DNA of 64,000 bases from Nitrospira sp. Ga0074138. GTDB taxonomy: Bacteria; Nitrospirota; Nitrospiria; Nitrospirales; Nitrospiraceae. A program made the position numbers and the translations under genes. The DNA lies in the NCBI GenBank assembly GCA_001464735.1, contig LNDU01000029.1:5573-69572 (forward strand), in the 5' to 3' direction. Positions 20,512 through 29,988 of this stretch are shown in pieces. Below the pieces are notes generated by a model. That model worked only from the letters and a program-made list of their open reading frames with translations, had not been told where the DNA came from and searched no databases. Every line of letters starts with the position of its first letter. Position 1 is the stretch's first letter.

Positions 20512-22362
20512 TTACAAATACGGATTCTCTGGAATCGCCAGCGTGAAGTATTTTCCCCGCTCTTCGTACAAGACCCGCTGTGCTGTGAGGTCGTTGAGGA
20601 TGGGCAAGAGGATTTCATCACCGCACTCAGTTCGCCCCGCCGCTGCAGATCGGATCTGCTCCACGCTCTTTGCCGACTCATTGCAAATTTCGATGACCAG
20701 CACCGCTAAGCCTTCATACCGCCGACGAGTCGGAGCCGTTGGATTCCGGCCATCGTAGACGGTCACATAGTTCGGTGCCTTCGAGTAATACAGAAACGGC
20801 CGATCCCCTGACTTATGCATCCGTTGCCAGCCCTCGATTGCAGCAACCAGCTCTTGATACAGGTGAGGATCGACTGGCCAATTGTCGAGTTCATACTCAA
20901 AATCGTAGGCGATCTTCTTCAGATCGACCTGCCGTGCGTCGTAGACATACTCATAGGCCATCCCCGGTCCCGTAATCCGGATGCCGTACTCGTGCGGCCT
21001 AGTGAAGTAGGGGCTGAAGCGCTGCAGCCAGAACTTGCCGGTCGCTTCGGGCGGCTGCAGGTGCAGCAGGGAGGGAATCAGGTCGAGCTGACGCTGATAG
21101 TCCTCATTGGTCTCGCCTGGAAATCCCAGCAAAATATTCCATGATACCATCACGTGATAGTAGAGGCTCCACTTGAGGCAGATGATGTTCTGCATCGGCG
21201 TGACGCCCTTGTCCATGGCACGCAGCTGATTGAGGCTCAAACTTTCCAGGCCCGGCTGCATGCACTTCACCCCGCCGGCGGCCAAGGTCTTGATCTGGCG
21301 TTTCTGCAGATTGCTCTTGGTTTCGATAAAGACATCCAAGTCGCAGTGATCCTCCGCCAACTTGCCGAAGAGATTGTCGATATAGGCCATGTCGATGATG
21401 TTATCGACGAGGCGAAACCGGACAGCATCGTAGCGCTGTGAGAGGTCGGCCATTTCTTGTAACACCTGCCCAGGCGCCTTGGCTCGGAACTTCATGCTCT
21501 GGGCATTGAGTCCACAAAAAGTACAGTGATGTTTCTCGCCCCACCAACAGCCACGAGAACCCTCATACAATAGGATTCGATCGAGACCTTGCGCCGTCTG
21601 CCCGAGTTCAGTAAGTAACGCATAGTAGTCGTCATAATCGGGAGGGCCGGTCTTTGCGAAATCGGAGAAGAGTGATTCATTCCGTGTGAGCTTGATCTTG
21701 TCGCCCTGACGGTACGTCACCCCATTCGGATAGTCCACTGTTTTACTGGCCAGAACCTGGCGAACGAACGGCAAGAAACTTTCTTCTCCCTCACCGACCA
21801 CCACGTGATCGATGAAGGGAAACGCCCGGAAGTACTCCAGCCCCATCTCGCCGTCGAAGTTGGCTCCACCGAAGACAATCGTCACATCTGGGTACAAGTC
21901 CTTGATGAGCTTGGCCATGGTCAGGCTCGCGACGTTCTGATCGAACGTCGAGGTAAACCCGACCAACTTATACTGTCCCCAATTGATGGCGGTGAGGGCC
22001 CAAGTGAGAAATTGCGGCGCGATGCGGGTCGCCATCTCTTCGAAGTAGCCAATCGGTTTGCTGCACTCTTGGGACAGCTGTTCAAAGACCGGCTTGAATA
22101 TGCGTGGGTACTCCGCGCGTTTCGGATTGTCTTGAAACAGGAGGAAGGAGAACAGCCACTCGCCGAAGAGCGCGCGTTTCTCACAAATGCTTTCGTGCAA
22201 TTCGACGCCGATCAGGTGGGCAAACCGGACGTTCATATGATGACAATCAACAGGAATGCCGTTGGATTTCAGGAGCGCAGAGAGCGTGCCGAGCTGAATC
22301 GAGGGATACTTGGCGTAGCTGAACGGCATGTTGACGAGCGCAACTCTCGCTTCATCGCTCAT
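20512..22362 (-). CDS. B12-binding radical SAM protein, RiPP maturation C-methyltransferase type
   Basis: VALVNMPF...PSIQLGTL N-terminus, GFTSTFDQN, GGANFDG, SRGCWWGEKHHCTFCG (CxxxxxxxCxxC variant) and QPGLESL. Confidence 0.85.
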   Translation of the reverse strand: MSDEARVALVNMPFSYAKYPSIQLGTLSALLKSNGIPVDCHHMNVRFAHLIGVELHESICEKRALFGEWLFSFLLFQDNPKRAEYPRIFKPVFEQLSQECSKPIGYFEEMATRIAPQFLTWALTAINWGQYKLVGFTSTFDQNVASLTMAKLIKDLYPDVTIVFGGANFDGEMGLEYFRAFPFIDHVVVGEGEESFLPFVRQVLASKTVDYPNGVTYRQGDKIKLTRNESLFSDFAKTGPPDYDDYYALLTELGQTAQGLDRILLYEGSRGCWWGEKHHCTFCGLNAQSMKFRAKAPGQVLQEMADLSQRYDAVRFRLVDNIIDMAYIDNLFGKLAEDHCDLDVFIETKSNLQKRQIKTLAAGGVKCMQPGLESLSLNQLRAMDKGVTPMQNIICLKWSLYYHVMVSWNILLGFPGETNEDYQRQLDLIPSLLHLQPPEATGKFWLQRFSPYFTRPHEYGIRITGPGMAYEYVYDARQVDLKKIAYDFEYELDNWPVDPHLYQELVAAIEGWQRMHKSGDRPFLYYSKAPNYVTVYDGRNPTAPTRRRYEGLAVLVIEICNESAKSVEQIRSAAAGRTECGDEILLPILNDLTAQRVLYEERGKYFTLAIPENPYL

Positions 22363-22404
22363 CTAACGCCTCTTAAGTTACGTCCATCAAATTTCGTTAC
22401 GCTG

Positions 22405-22480
22405 CCGTTCGCCCTAAGCTAGTCGAAGGGCGTGCACCTTCAAGGAATTCGTTCTTGGTTCGACAGGCTCACCACGAACG
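22405..22480. repeat. Inverted pair of REP-like elements
   Basis: CCGTTCGCCCTAAGCTAGTCGAAGGG (22405-22430) and GGTTCGACAGGCTCACCACGAACG (22457-22480). Confidence 0.7.
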
Positions 22481-22498
22481 AACCTCTGAGACTCTATG

Positions 22499-22843
22499 CT
22501 AAGCGGCCCGAAAGGGCTCAAATTCACGGTCCGCCTTGGCCGCCAGATAAAAGTCGCTCTCGGTCAGGCCGTTGATCTTGTGCGTCCAGATCTCGACCTT
22601 TACCTTGCCCCAAGCCAGATACAGATCGGGATGATGGCCTTCGGCCTCGGCCACCGCACCGACCTTGTTCACAAAAGCCAGCGGCTGAGCAAAGTCCTTG
22701 AAGGTGTACAGCCGTTCGAGATGCCCCTGTCCGTTGAGTGCCCACCCCCGGCCCAGTTCTTTGAGCAACGCCTGTGCGCGATCATTCGGCACCGGCGGCA
22801 CCCCGCCACGACAGGGAATACATTTATTGTCGGCCAAGCTCAT
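22499..22843 (-). CDS. Pterin-4-alpha-carbinolamine dehydratase
   Basis: AEAEGHHPDL...WTHKINGLTESDFYLAAKAD motif. Confidence 0.92.
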   Translation of the reverse strand: MSLADNKCIPCRGGVPPVPNDRAQALLKELGRGWALNGQGHLERLYTFKDFAQPLAFVNKVGAVAEAEGHHPDLYLAWGKVKVEIWTHKINGLTESDFYLAAKADREFEPFRAA

Positions 22844-22926
22844 AACATCCTCCTTGCGAGCAAAACGAATGAATCATTCTAAAGGGGCGTTGAGTTGAAG
22901 GGCAAGGTGGTCTCTTCGGCGAGCCC

Positions 22927-22979
22927 GTCCTGAGCCAATCGAAGGACTCAGGATAGATTTATCGACGGGCTCAGGGCGA
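22927..22979. repeat. Degenerate inverted pair of REP-like elements
   Basis: GTCCTGAGCCAATCGAAGGA and TCGACGGGCTCAGGGCGA. Confidence 0.5.
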
Positions 22980-22985
22980 TACCAT

Positions 22986-24281
22986 TCAACGTTCATTCGG
23001 AACATCCTGCACGCAGCGAAAACCTCGGCCGGTTGCGCCTTCGTCCGCCAGGGCAAACATGCGCACCTGATAATCGAGGTCGCCGACAGCATCATGAATG
23101 CCGAGAGCCTGAAGACTTCCACGAATCACCTTCCGGGTCTGGTCCTTCGGCGGCGTGGGGCTCCATCGAGCCTCTTGGTACGTGGTGGCCGTCCACTCGT
23201 ACACCTGGTCGTTCAAGATCCGGCCCTGCGCGTCATGCGCCGCTTTTTCCCACTCATCTTCCGTCGGTAGCCGCTTGCGAGCCCATCGGCAGTAGGCGAC
23301 GGCATCATGCCACGTGACGTCCTGTACTGGTCCATTGGGATCGAGCGAAGTAGATTGCTCCATCAGGTCGGGAGGAGGCGTCACGCCACTGGATTCAACA
23401 AATCGGCGGTAGCGCGCGTTCGTGACCAAGGTTTTTTCGACATACAGATCGTCCGCCAGATGCAGGGATCGCGCGGTGCCTTGAACCTCTTCCGCCCGTC
23501 CCCCGATAAAAACCTCCACCATCTTGGTCGGGATGCGTCCGGACCGAATCAGCACCATAGGCATTCCATCCACACCGATTTTCTCCTGCGGCACCATCGA
23601 GTCGCTGGCACGTGGCTCGATATGCCAGCCATTCAACGCCACCGCAAGGATCGATGCCGGCACCGCATAACCCAACCGTCCTCTGGTGTCACTCACGACA
23701 CCGATCACCTGCCCGTTCAGTAACAGTGGTCCACCGGAATGGCCTTCCTCAACCAGAGCCTGAAACGCGAGGGTCGGCCCGTTCATCCCACTAAGACTCC
23801 CCGTGGAGACAGTCCAGGGTGGTAACGTCCGTGGAAAGCCTATGAAGGTGAGCGCCTCTCCACCAACTACCTTTGTTGTCAGATCCAGCGGTAACGCCAC
23901 TACACCGTCTGGAATCGGCCCAGCCACACGCAGGGTGGCGAGCCCCTGTGGATCTCCGCCTTCAATCCCGACCACTTGAGCTACGAACGGCTGCTGGAGG
24001 TTGAGGATAAACGTCACGGTGGGTTTGGGATCTCCTTCCACCACATGCGCCGCCGTGACGATGTAGGCGGCGTCCTTGTCAACACGTACGACAAATCCCG
24101 TCCCAACCTTGGATTGCTGCCCTTCAGCCTGAGCGGTGATCTTCACCACCCCGCGTTTCAGATCGCCACTGCCCTGTGACAAGAGAAGATGTGGAAACAG
24201 GAGGGTGGACAGTAGGTAGAAAGCTACGGAGTGGAAGGCAATTCTTACGACAAGTATGCCGCTGACAGACTTTTTCAACAT
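22986..24281 (-). CDS. Exported trypsin-like serine protease fused to a shortened FGE/C-lectin domain
   Basis: N-terminal hydrophobic segment; GTGF, TAAHVV and GHSGGP trypsin motifs; RLPTEDEWEKAA and GFRCVQD. Confidence 0.8.
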   Translation of the reverse strand: MLKKSVSGILVVRIAFHSVAFYLLSTLLFPHLLLSQGSGDLKRGVVKITAQAEGQQSKVGTGFVVRVDKDAAYIVTAAHVVEGDPKPTVTFILNLQQPFVAQVVGIEGGDPQGLATLRVAGPIPDGVVALPLDLTTKVVGGEALTFIGFPRTLPPWTVSTGSLSGMNGPTLAFQALVEEGHSGGPLLLNGQVIGVVSDTRGRLGYAVPASILAVALNGWHIEPRASDSMVPQEKIGVDGMPMVLIRSGRIPTKMVEVFIGGRAEEVQGTARSLHLADDLYVEKTLVTNARYRRFVESSGVTPPPDLMEQSTSLDPNGPVQDVTWHDAVAYCRWARKRLPTEDEWEKAAHDAQGRILNDQVYEWTATTYQEARWSPTPPKDQTRKVIRGSLQALGIHDAVGDLDYQVRMFALADEGATGRGFRCVQDVPNER

Positions 24282-24287
24282 CCTGTG

Positions 24288-25343
24288 CTATTGCCGTTCC
24301 AGCGCAAAAGACCCGGCATTGCCATTATTGCAGGTCACCGTACCCTGGATAGTTTTTCCACCGTCGCCGACTTCTGAGGTAAAATCGCAAGCCACACCCT
24401 GGAAGGTCTGCGACGCGAGGCGTCCGGCGAACACATTGCCCTGCGTACGGCCTTGCATGACGCCGGCATCGCCATGATTGTCGGCATAGGTGCCGGTGAC
24501 CTGGTCGCCGTTTTGTTGATAGACCGTCTGGATGATGGATGTGCCTCCCAAGAGGGTCATGGAAAGACCCTGGTACGTTCCGGATACCAGACCTCTTGCC
24601 GTCGGCTGGACCACGACCGGTTCCGGTTCTTCTTCACTTGATCGTGGCGGAAGCTGCCTCGCTTCCTCCAAGAGCCGTACACCCCATCCCTCTAACGCAA
24701 AACGCGCCACGACGGCAGGCACCGCGGTGTTAAACTTTGCGCCCACCTGCGTCACAATGCCGACGACGCTGCCTTGGAACAGCACTGGCCCTCCCGAATT
24801 GCCTTCGTCGGCTGTACCGGAAAAGGAGAGCGCGCTCCCGCGCCGACCAGAAAGGGTGCCCGTCGTCACGGTCCACATGGAACCTTCCGCGCGTGGGAAG
24901 CCGATCAAGGTGATGGGTTCACCGCCGCTGACAGATGCCGCCTGGTCGAGGGGCAGGGCCACAAGATCGGAGGGAATCTTGCCTTCGACCAAGAGCGCAG
25001 CCAATCCAGCCGGGTTTCCTCCTTCTAGCCCCAGCACGCGAGCGCGATACGAGCGGTGCGGCGCTACGTAGAAGAACACGTTGGGATGCTGGTCGCCTTC
25101 GATGACATGTGAAGCCGTGACGATATAGACATGGTCTTCATCCAACTTCACCACCACTCCCGAGCCGACGCGATTTTTGCCATCCACCTGCGCGGTAATT
25201 TTCACGACCCCTTTTTTCACGCGGACCATGTCATTGGCCCAGAGCGCAGAGGGAAAGGCCACCGCCAGCAGAAGCAGCATGCACAAGGCCCAACTACAGC
25301 ACGCGTGAAAGGTTTCGAACGTTGACGATGCGCGATTCAGCAT
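24288..25343 (-). CDS. Exported trypsin-like serine protease with an unknown C-terminal beta domain
   Basis: Signal peptide ending ALWA; GSG, TASHVI and GNSGGP motifs; paralogous to the N-terminus of the downstream gene. Confidence 0.8.
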   Translation of the reverse strand: MLNRASSTFETFHACCSWALCMLLLLAVAFPSALWANDMVRVKKGVVKITAQVDGKNRVGSGVVVKLDEDHVYIVTASHVIEGDQHPNVFFYVAPHRSYRARVLGLEGGNPAGLAALLVEGKIPSDLVALPLDQAASVSGGEPITLIGFPRAEGSMWTVTTGTLSGRRGSALSFSGTADEGNSGGPVLFQGSVVGIVTQVGAKFNTAVPAVVARFALEGWGVRLLEEARQLPPRSSEEEPEPVVVQPTARGLVSGTYQGLSMTLLGGTSIIQTVYQQNGDQVTGTYADNHGDAGVMQGRTQGNVFAGRLASQTFQGVACDFTSEVGDGGKTIQGTVTCNNGNAGSFALERQ

Positions 25344-25358
25344 GGTGACTTTGCAGAT

Positions 25359-25386
25359 CCGGAGAAAAGGAAACAGCGTCAAAGCG
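25359..25386 (-). repeat. 28-bp element 6 bp downstream of an FGE/CLec stop codon (copy 2)
   Basis: CCGGAGAAAAGGAAACAGCGTCAAAGCG; see copy 1. Confidence 0.85.
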
Positions 25387-25392
25387 AAAAGG

Positions 25393-25803
25393 TTATTTCG
25401 GAACGTCCTGGGCGCAACGGAACCCGATAGCGGCGCCCCAGATCAACGGTGTGTCCCTGCCACGGTATGCAGACCGCAACTCTCTCGGTCCATTGAACCA
25501 GGACCCACCGCGGACGACACGATATTCCCCAGCCGAGGGTCCTTTCGGATTGCGCACCGAGCTCTTGCCATAATAGTTGCTGTCATACCAGTCCGCCACC
25601 CATTCCCACACATTGCCGGCCATATTGTAAGCACCGTAGGGACTTCTCCCGTTCTCAAGTAATCCAAAGTTGATCAGCACCCCATAGTCCATTGAATCGC
25701 GGCACCCAAAATTCGCCAATGTTTTACTGGGTTCTGCATTGCCCCAGGGATAGAGCCGCTGGTCGATTCCTCGCGCTGCCTTCTCCCACTCGGCCTCTGC
25801 GAA
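25393..25803 (-). pseudogene. C-terminal half of an FGE-sulfatase/C-lectin domain with no N-terminal half
   Basis: Begins abruptly at AEAEWEKAARG just after the TIR-TM gene stop; contains SPYGAYNMAGNVWEWVADWY and RGGSW...GFRCAQDVPK. Confidence 0.75.
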
Positions 25804-25817
25804 CACGGCGCGCACCT

Positions 25818-27362
25818 TCAACGCTTGAACTCCTTCCAAAGCCGATAGGCCCCAAGGCTGGTCGTGAACACCGCGGAGACAATCGCTACAAACACCGCGA
25901 GCCGCGCATTATGCCACAAGGCATCCAACGCGGTCAGGCTGTGGAGAATCGGAATCTCGCCTCTCTTCGTACGGACCTGTTTGACCAGCCCATAGCCGAC
26001 CACATTCATGCCTCCACCGTCAGACCGCAATGTGACGCGCTCAATCTCGAATTTGTCCAGCCGCTCTAGGCCAATGGCCTCACCCTCTTTGAGTGGCACG
26101 ATGCCGAGGTGCGGATAATTCGGGAAGCTGATCGTCCCCTGTCCGGTCAGCGCGCTGACCCGCTCGCCGGATGGATCTTGCTTGGTCAGATCCATCGTGA
26201 CCACGGGAATGCCGCTGAAGAACGACGTTGACTGGCCTGACACAAAGGTGGGCGAGAGGATCAGACCACCCGATAGGGCGGTGATTGCGATCCAGGACGC
26301 CTGCTCCGGTAATGTGATGCGATAAGTCAGCTCGTCTTGGTTCCCGAAGGGCGATGCGATGTCGCGCAGCTCCACCTGATCCGCGATCAACTTGAAGGGC
26401 TTATGAATCGACAGTGTGAGCGTGTCCTGACCCGTGACCTGAAGCGTAACTCCCTCTTTCTTTCCGCCATATATCTCTCGCGCTGCCAGCGTCACGTGTG
26501 TGCCTGGCGCCACCGCCATTGGGTCGAGATGGATGGTCTCCGATTCAGCAGCATTCAGTCCCTCGACTGTCACTCTCGGATGCCGGGTTTGATCCTTAGC
26601 CCCCAATGTGACCTTGGCGCCATCGACCTTCAAACGCTTCCAAGCTGAGGGTGGAAAGTCATCCGTCTTGACCCGATACTGCAATGGATTAGCGACCTCA
26701 ATTGTGACCGGTTCAAAGGCAAGGGTGGAGAACTTCTCGATGGCAACCGACTGCACATCGAACCCACTCAACATCGTCTTGCCTTGTTCACTCGCCGCGA
26801 CTTCGAATTCCATACGCTCTGTGGTCAGCTCCACCTGGACCCTTGCCGGAATCGACCATAGCATGAGCCCAATTGCGACGACCGCCGCCAGAATGGCTGG
26901 GGTGCTGACAAGCCAGATCGGAGGAACTCTTTTCCACCAAGGCTTCGGCCCGAACTCAATTCGCTTCGGCGGACTCTTGACGAGTCGTTCAATATCTTTG
27001 AGCAGTTGGACAAACCCTGCATGCTCGACGCCTGCGTCCCAATCCACCAACGATTGAAAGGTCCGCTGGCTGAAGCCCAACGGGATCTCGCTCTCGTTGA
27101 TCTTAATGGGGAGATACTTGTCTTGCTTCTTGGCTTCAGACGCTTCCGCTTGGACCCACTCAGACTCGACGGATTGTTCAGACCACACGACAATCGCACA
27201 TTTGGCGGTGCCAAGTTCTTGTCGGATCACCTGGTTGAACGATCCACCGGTCGGAATGTTGCGATCCCACCAGACAGACCAGCCGTGCGACTCTAACGTC
27301 TTCGCGAATCGTTCGACCCAGGGGCGATCTTTGCTGGAATAGCTGATGAAGATGTCGCTCAT
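25818..27362 (-). CDS. TIR-domain membrane protein (TIR - TM - large extracytoplasmic domain - TM)
   Basis: MSDIFISYSSKD...WWD TIR_2 domain; hydrophobic helices near aa 145-172 and aa 490-507. Confidence 0.75.
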   Translation of the reverse strand: MSDIFISYSSKDRPWVERFAKTLESHGWSVWWDRNIPTGGSFNQVIRQELGTAKCAIVVWSEQSVESEWVQAEASEAKKQDKYLPIKINESEIPLGFSQRTFQSLVDWDAGVEHAGFVQLLKDIERLVKSPPKRIEFGPKPWWKRVPPIWLVSTPAILAAVVAIGLMLWSIPARVQVELTTERMEFEVAASEQGKTMLSGFDVQSVAIEKFSTLAFEPVTIEVANPLQYRVKTDDFPPSAWKRLKVDGAKVTLGAKDQTRHPRVTVEGLNAAESETIHLDPMAVAPGTHVTLAAREIYGGKKEGVTLQVTGQDTLTLSIHKPFKLIADQVELRDIASPFGNQDELTYRITLPEQASWIAITALSGGLILSPTFVSGQSTSFFSGIPVVTMDLTKQDPSGERVSALTGQGTISFPNYPHLGIVPLKEGEAIGLERLDKFEIERVTLRSDGGGMNVVGYGLVKQVRTKRGEIPILHSLTALDALWHNARLAVFVAIVSAVFTTSLGAYRLWKEFKR

Positions 27363-27389
27363 CGGTCATGCCCGGTGGGCTGTCGTCCA

Positions 27390-28136
27390 CTACCTGGCCG
27401 TAGGCTTATGCAGAAACTGCACGGTTTGGTGCAGGGGCTGATTGGTATCGAGGAAATAACCGCCACAGACCAGAGTATACTGCCCTTCCTGTGCGCCTAC
27501 AGCATCCCATCGCACGGTGAACGGCCGGCCGCCAGGAAGCCGGCGGAACGCTTGTGTCATCAGCTCGGTTGACTCTTTCCCTCGAAGAACCTTGCAGGAG
27601 AGCCGTGCATCCCCATTTGTCTTCATCGTGAACAGATAGCCGCCGATCTTGTCGGGCGGCCGCGCGTGATAGAGGACCGCCGGCGCGATCTCTTCGTTCT
27701 CCGCGGGCGTTTCTTTCCCCAAGCGAATCAACACCCCCAACTCATACGGGTTGAGCTTTTGATCCAATTGCCGCAACACCGGCCCGGTCGGCCAGCTGTA
27801 TTCATTCACCGACTTCGTTTGCCAGCCCTTTGCCGGTTTCACCTTGTCGAGCCAATAATAGAGCCGGTAATCCTGTTCGCGAACGGTGAGATGGACTGGA
27901 GCTTGGTTTTGAAGATAGAACCCGACCCGGAGTTGATCAGGCAGTTGCGTAGAAGGCTCCTGATAGTCGGCCAGAACGGAGATGACCTCGATGTCGTAGC
28001 CGGAGACCGGTTTGGGTTTGACTCCTTCGAAGCGATCGCCACGGTTTTGATAATCCAGGTTGGCATCTGCCCAGAGCGGCAGGGACACCAGAAAGACCAC
28101 CAAGACAAGCCAGGTTGCGCGAAGCTTGAGTGCCAC
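27390..28136 (-). CDS. Secreted hypothetical protein
   Basis: Signal peptide MALKLRATWLVLVVFLVSLPLWA; ends 27 bp upstream of the TIR-TM gene. Confidence 0.7.
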   Translation of the reverse strand: MALKLRATWLVLVVFLVSLPLWADANLDYQNRGDRFEGVKPKPVSGYDIEVISVLADYQEPSTQLPDQLRVGFYLQNQAPVHLTVREQDYRLYYWLDKVKPAKGWQTKSVNEYSWPTGPVLRQLDQKLNPYELGVLIRLGKETPAENEEIAPAVLYHARPPDKIGGYLFTMKTNGDARLSCKVLRGKESTELMTQAFRRLPGGRPFTVRWDAVGAQEGQYTLVCGGYFLDTNQPLHQTVQFLHKPTAR

Positions 28137-28277
28137 AATAAGGTCCCCGGATTGCCAACCGATCTGCTACGTCGACCCGAATTCGGCGGCAGTATAGCCC
28201 AGGGGCCTACGTGAATCTAGCTATGGATGGGGCAAGCAACCGGCGTGCAGATGCGGAGATCACTGGTAGGAAACCGG

Positions 28278-29276
28278 CTAGTCAACTTCGTCCGAGGCGC
28301 CACCAGATTTCGCCAGATCGTCCATCTTGATTTTATCCGGATTGAATTTGGCTGCCGCCTGCGTCATGCGATCGAGTGCATCATCGAACGACAACGCCGG
28401 TGCATCTTTGGGACGAAACCGAATGGGATTCACCCGGGCGACAACGAAGCTCTTCAGGTAGGGGCTGGTCAGCCCTTTGGCCTTGAGGGCTTCGACTTGT
28501 TTGACGATCACGTCATCCAACGCTAAGAGGGTTTTCGCGTGCTGTTGCCGAATGCCCAATGCCGACTGCAGCGGCTTCTTCAGAAATTCCTCCACCCGCT
28601 TCAACACCGGATGATAGGCACCGCCGCTGAATCGTGGACGCTCTTCGTAACAGAGACCGAGCGTAATGAACGCCGGCTCCTCGAACTCCAGCGCGTATTG
28701 CTCTTCCGTCGCCTCGTCGAGGTGAGCCAGCTCCTTGTACATGCGGATGACTTCCAGCCCCTTCTCGCGCAGGTTATGAGCTTTCTCCGTATTCAACGCG
28801 AGGATCTGATAGGCGGCGGCAGCTTCTGGAACCACGATCGCAATGATGCTCTTCGCTCCGAGCGTCCGCATGGCCGACAGGCGATGGTTGCCATTCGGTG
28901 TCCAATACTTTGCTTGATGGTCGGGTTTTGCGATGCGCACTGCGATGATCGGATCGAGAAATCGACCGATTTTCCCGATGACCCCTTCCAACTTTCGGAC
29001 GTGCGTGTCGGAGAGATTTCGTTGATAGGGTGTCGGCTCAACCAGGTCGATCGGCAAGGCGGCCTGGACCAGCCACTGTCCCCCATATGGGTCACGATAG
29101 ACTGAGAGAACTTTCCCTCCATCCGCCTCGATCAGCTGATGCAACTCGGCCACGGCACCAGGCGGTGCAGCGGCTTGCAATTCACCGGCAGCCAGGCCAG
29201 TCGAGGCTCCAACCGGTTTCCGACGCCGTCTCGTTCCCTTGGGCAACGGGTTTCTTTTCAATTTCTTTTCAGCCAC
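28278..29276 (-). CDS. ParB/Srx N-terminal domain protein
   Basis: VEPTPYQRNL...FLDPIIAV...TPNGNHRL motif. GTG start chosen at 29276. Confidence 0.75.
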   Translation of the reverse strand: MAEKKLKRNPLPKGTRRRRKPVGASTGLAAGELQAAAPPGAVAELHQLIEADGGKVLSVYRDPYGGQWLVQAALPIDLVEPTPYQRNLSDTHVRKLEGVIGKIGRFLDPIIAVRIAKPDHQAKYWTPNGNHRLSAMRTLGAKSIIAIVVPEAAAAYQILALNTEKAHNLREKGLEVIRMYKELAHLDEATEEQYALEFEEPAFITLGLCYEERPRFSGGAYHPVLKRVEEFLKKPLQSALGIRQQHAKTLLALDDVIVKQVEALKAKGLTSPYLKSFVVARVNPIRFRPKDAPALSFDDALDRMTQAAAKFNPDKIKMDDLAKSGGASDEVD

Positions 29277-29298
29277 TGCGATATGGTAGGACAGAGCC

Positions 29299-29988
29299 AT
29301 GACAAAAGAAAGCCCTACGAGCACGATCCTTCGCATCGGACATCGAGGCGCCTGCGGACACGCACCGGAAAATACGTTGGCCTCCATTGAGCAGGCCATC
29401 GTACTCCGATGCGCCTTGACTGAAGTAGATATTCAACGAACGTCAGACGATGAGCTAGTCCTGCTGCATGACGAGCGGGTCGACCGCACAACGAACGGTC
29501 GTGGGCGCGTTGCTGACCTGACACTTTCAGATATTCGAACGCTGGATGCCGGCGGCGGCGAGAGCCCTCCGACGTTAGACGACGTGCTCAAAGCCGCGAG
29601 CGGTCGAATCGGCTTGATTTTGGAGCTGAAGACCGGGGGATCAGCTTACGATGTCTGCGCGATTGTCCGTGGCAGCGGCTTCACTCAACCTGTGATCTAT
29701 GCCTCATTCCTACAGGAAGAGCTCCAACATGTCCGACGGGCGAATCCACACGCACAGACCATGATCCTCTTTACGAGGCTGCCTGCCAATCCAGGGATCG
29801 TAGCCGTCAGGCTTCACGCCACCCACGTAGGTTTGCGCCTGGATACCGTGACCGAACCACTCGTGAATGCTCTACACAACCAAGGCCTGATCGTGTTCGC
29901 CTACACCGCCAATCAGCCTGCCCAAGTCAGCAAGATGAAGATGCTCGGCGTGGATGGGATTATCTCCGACTTTCCGGACCTTGTCTGA
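29299..29988 (+). CDS. Glycerophosphodiester phosphodiesterase
   Basis: IGHRGA..APENTLAS, EVDIQRT, HDERVDRTT, ELK and GVDGIISDFP. Confidence 0.9.
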   Translation: MTKESPTSTILRIGHRGACGHAPENTLASIEQAIVLRCALTEVDIQRTSDDELVLLHDERVDRTTNGRGRVADLTLSDIRTLDAGGGESPPTLDDVLKAASGRIGLILELKTGGSAYDVCAIVRGSGFTQPVIYASFLQEELQHVRRANPHAQTMILFTRLPANPGIVAVRLHATHVGLRLDTVTEPLVNALHNQGLIVFAYTANQPAQVSKMKMLGVDGIISDFPDLV

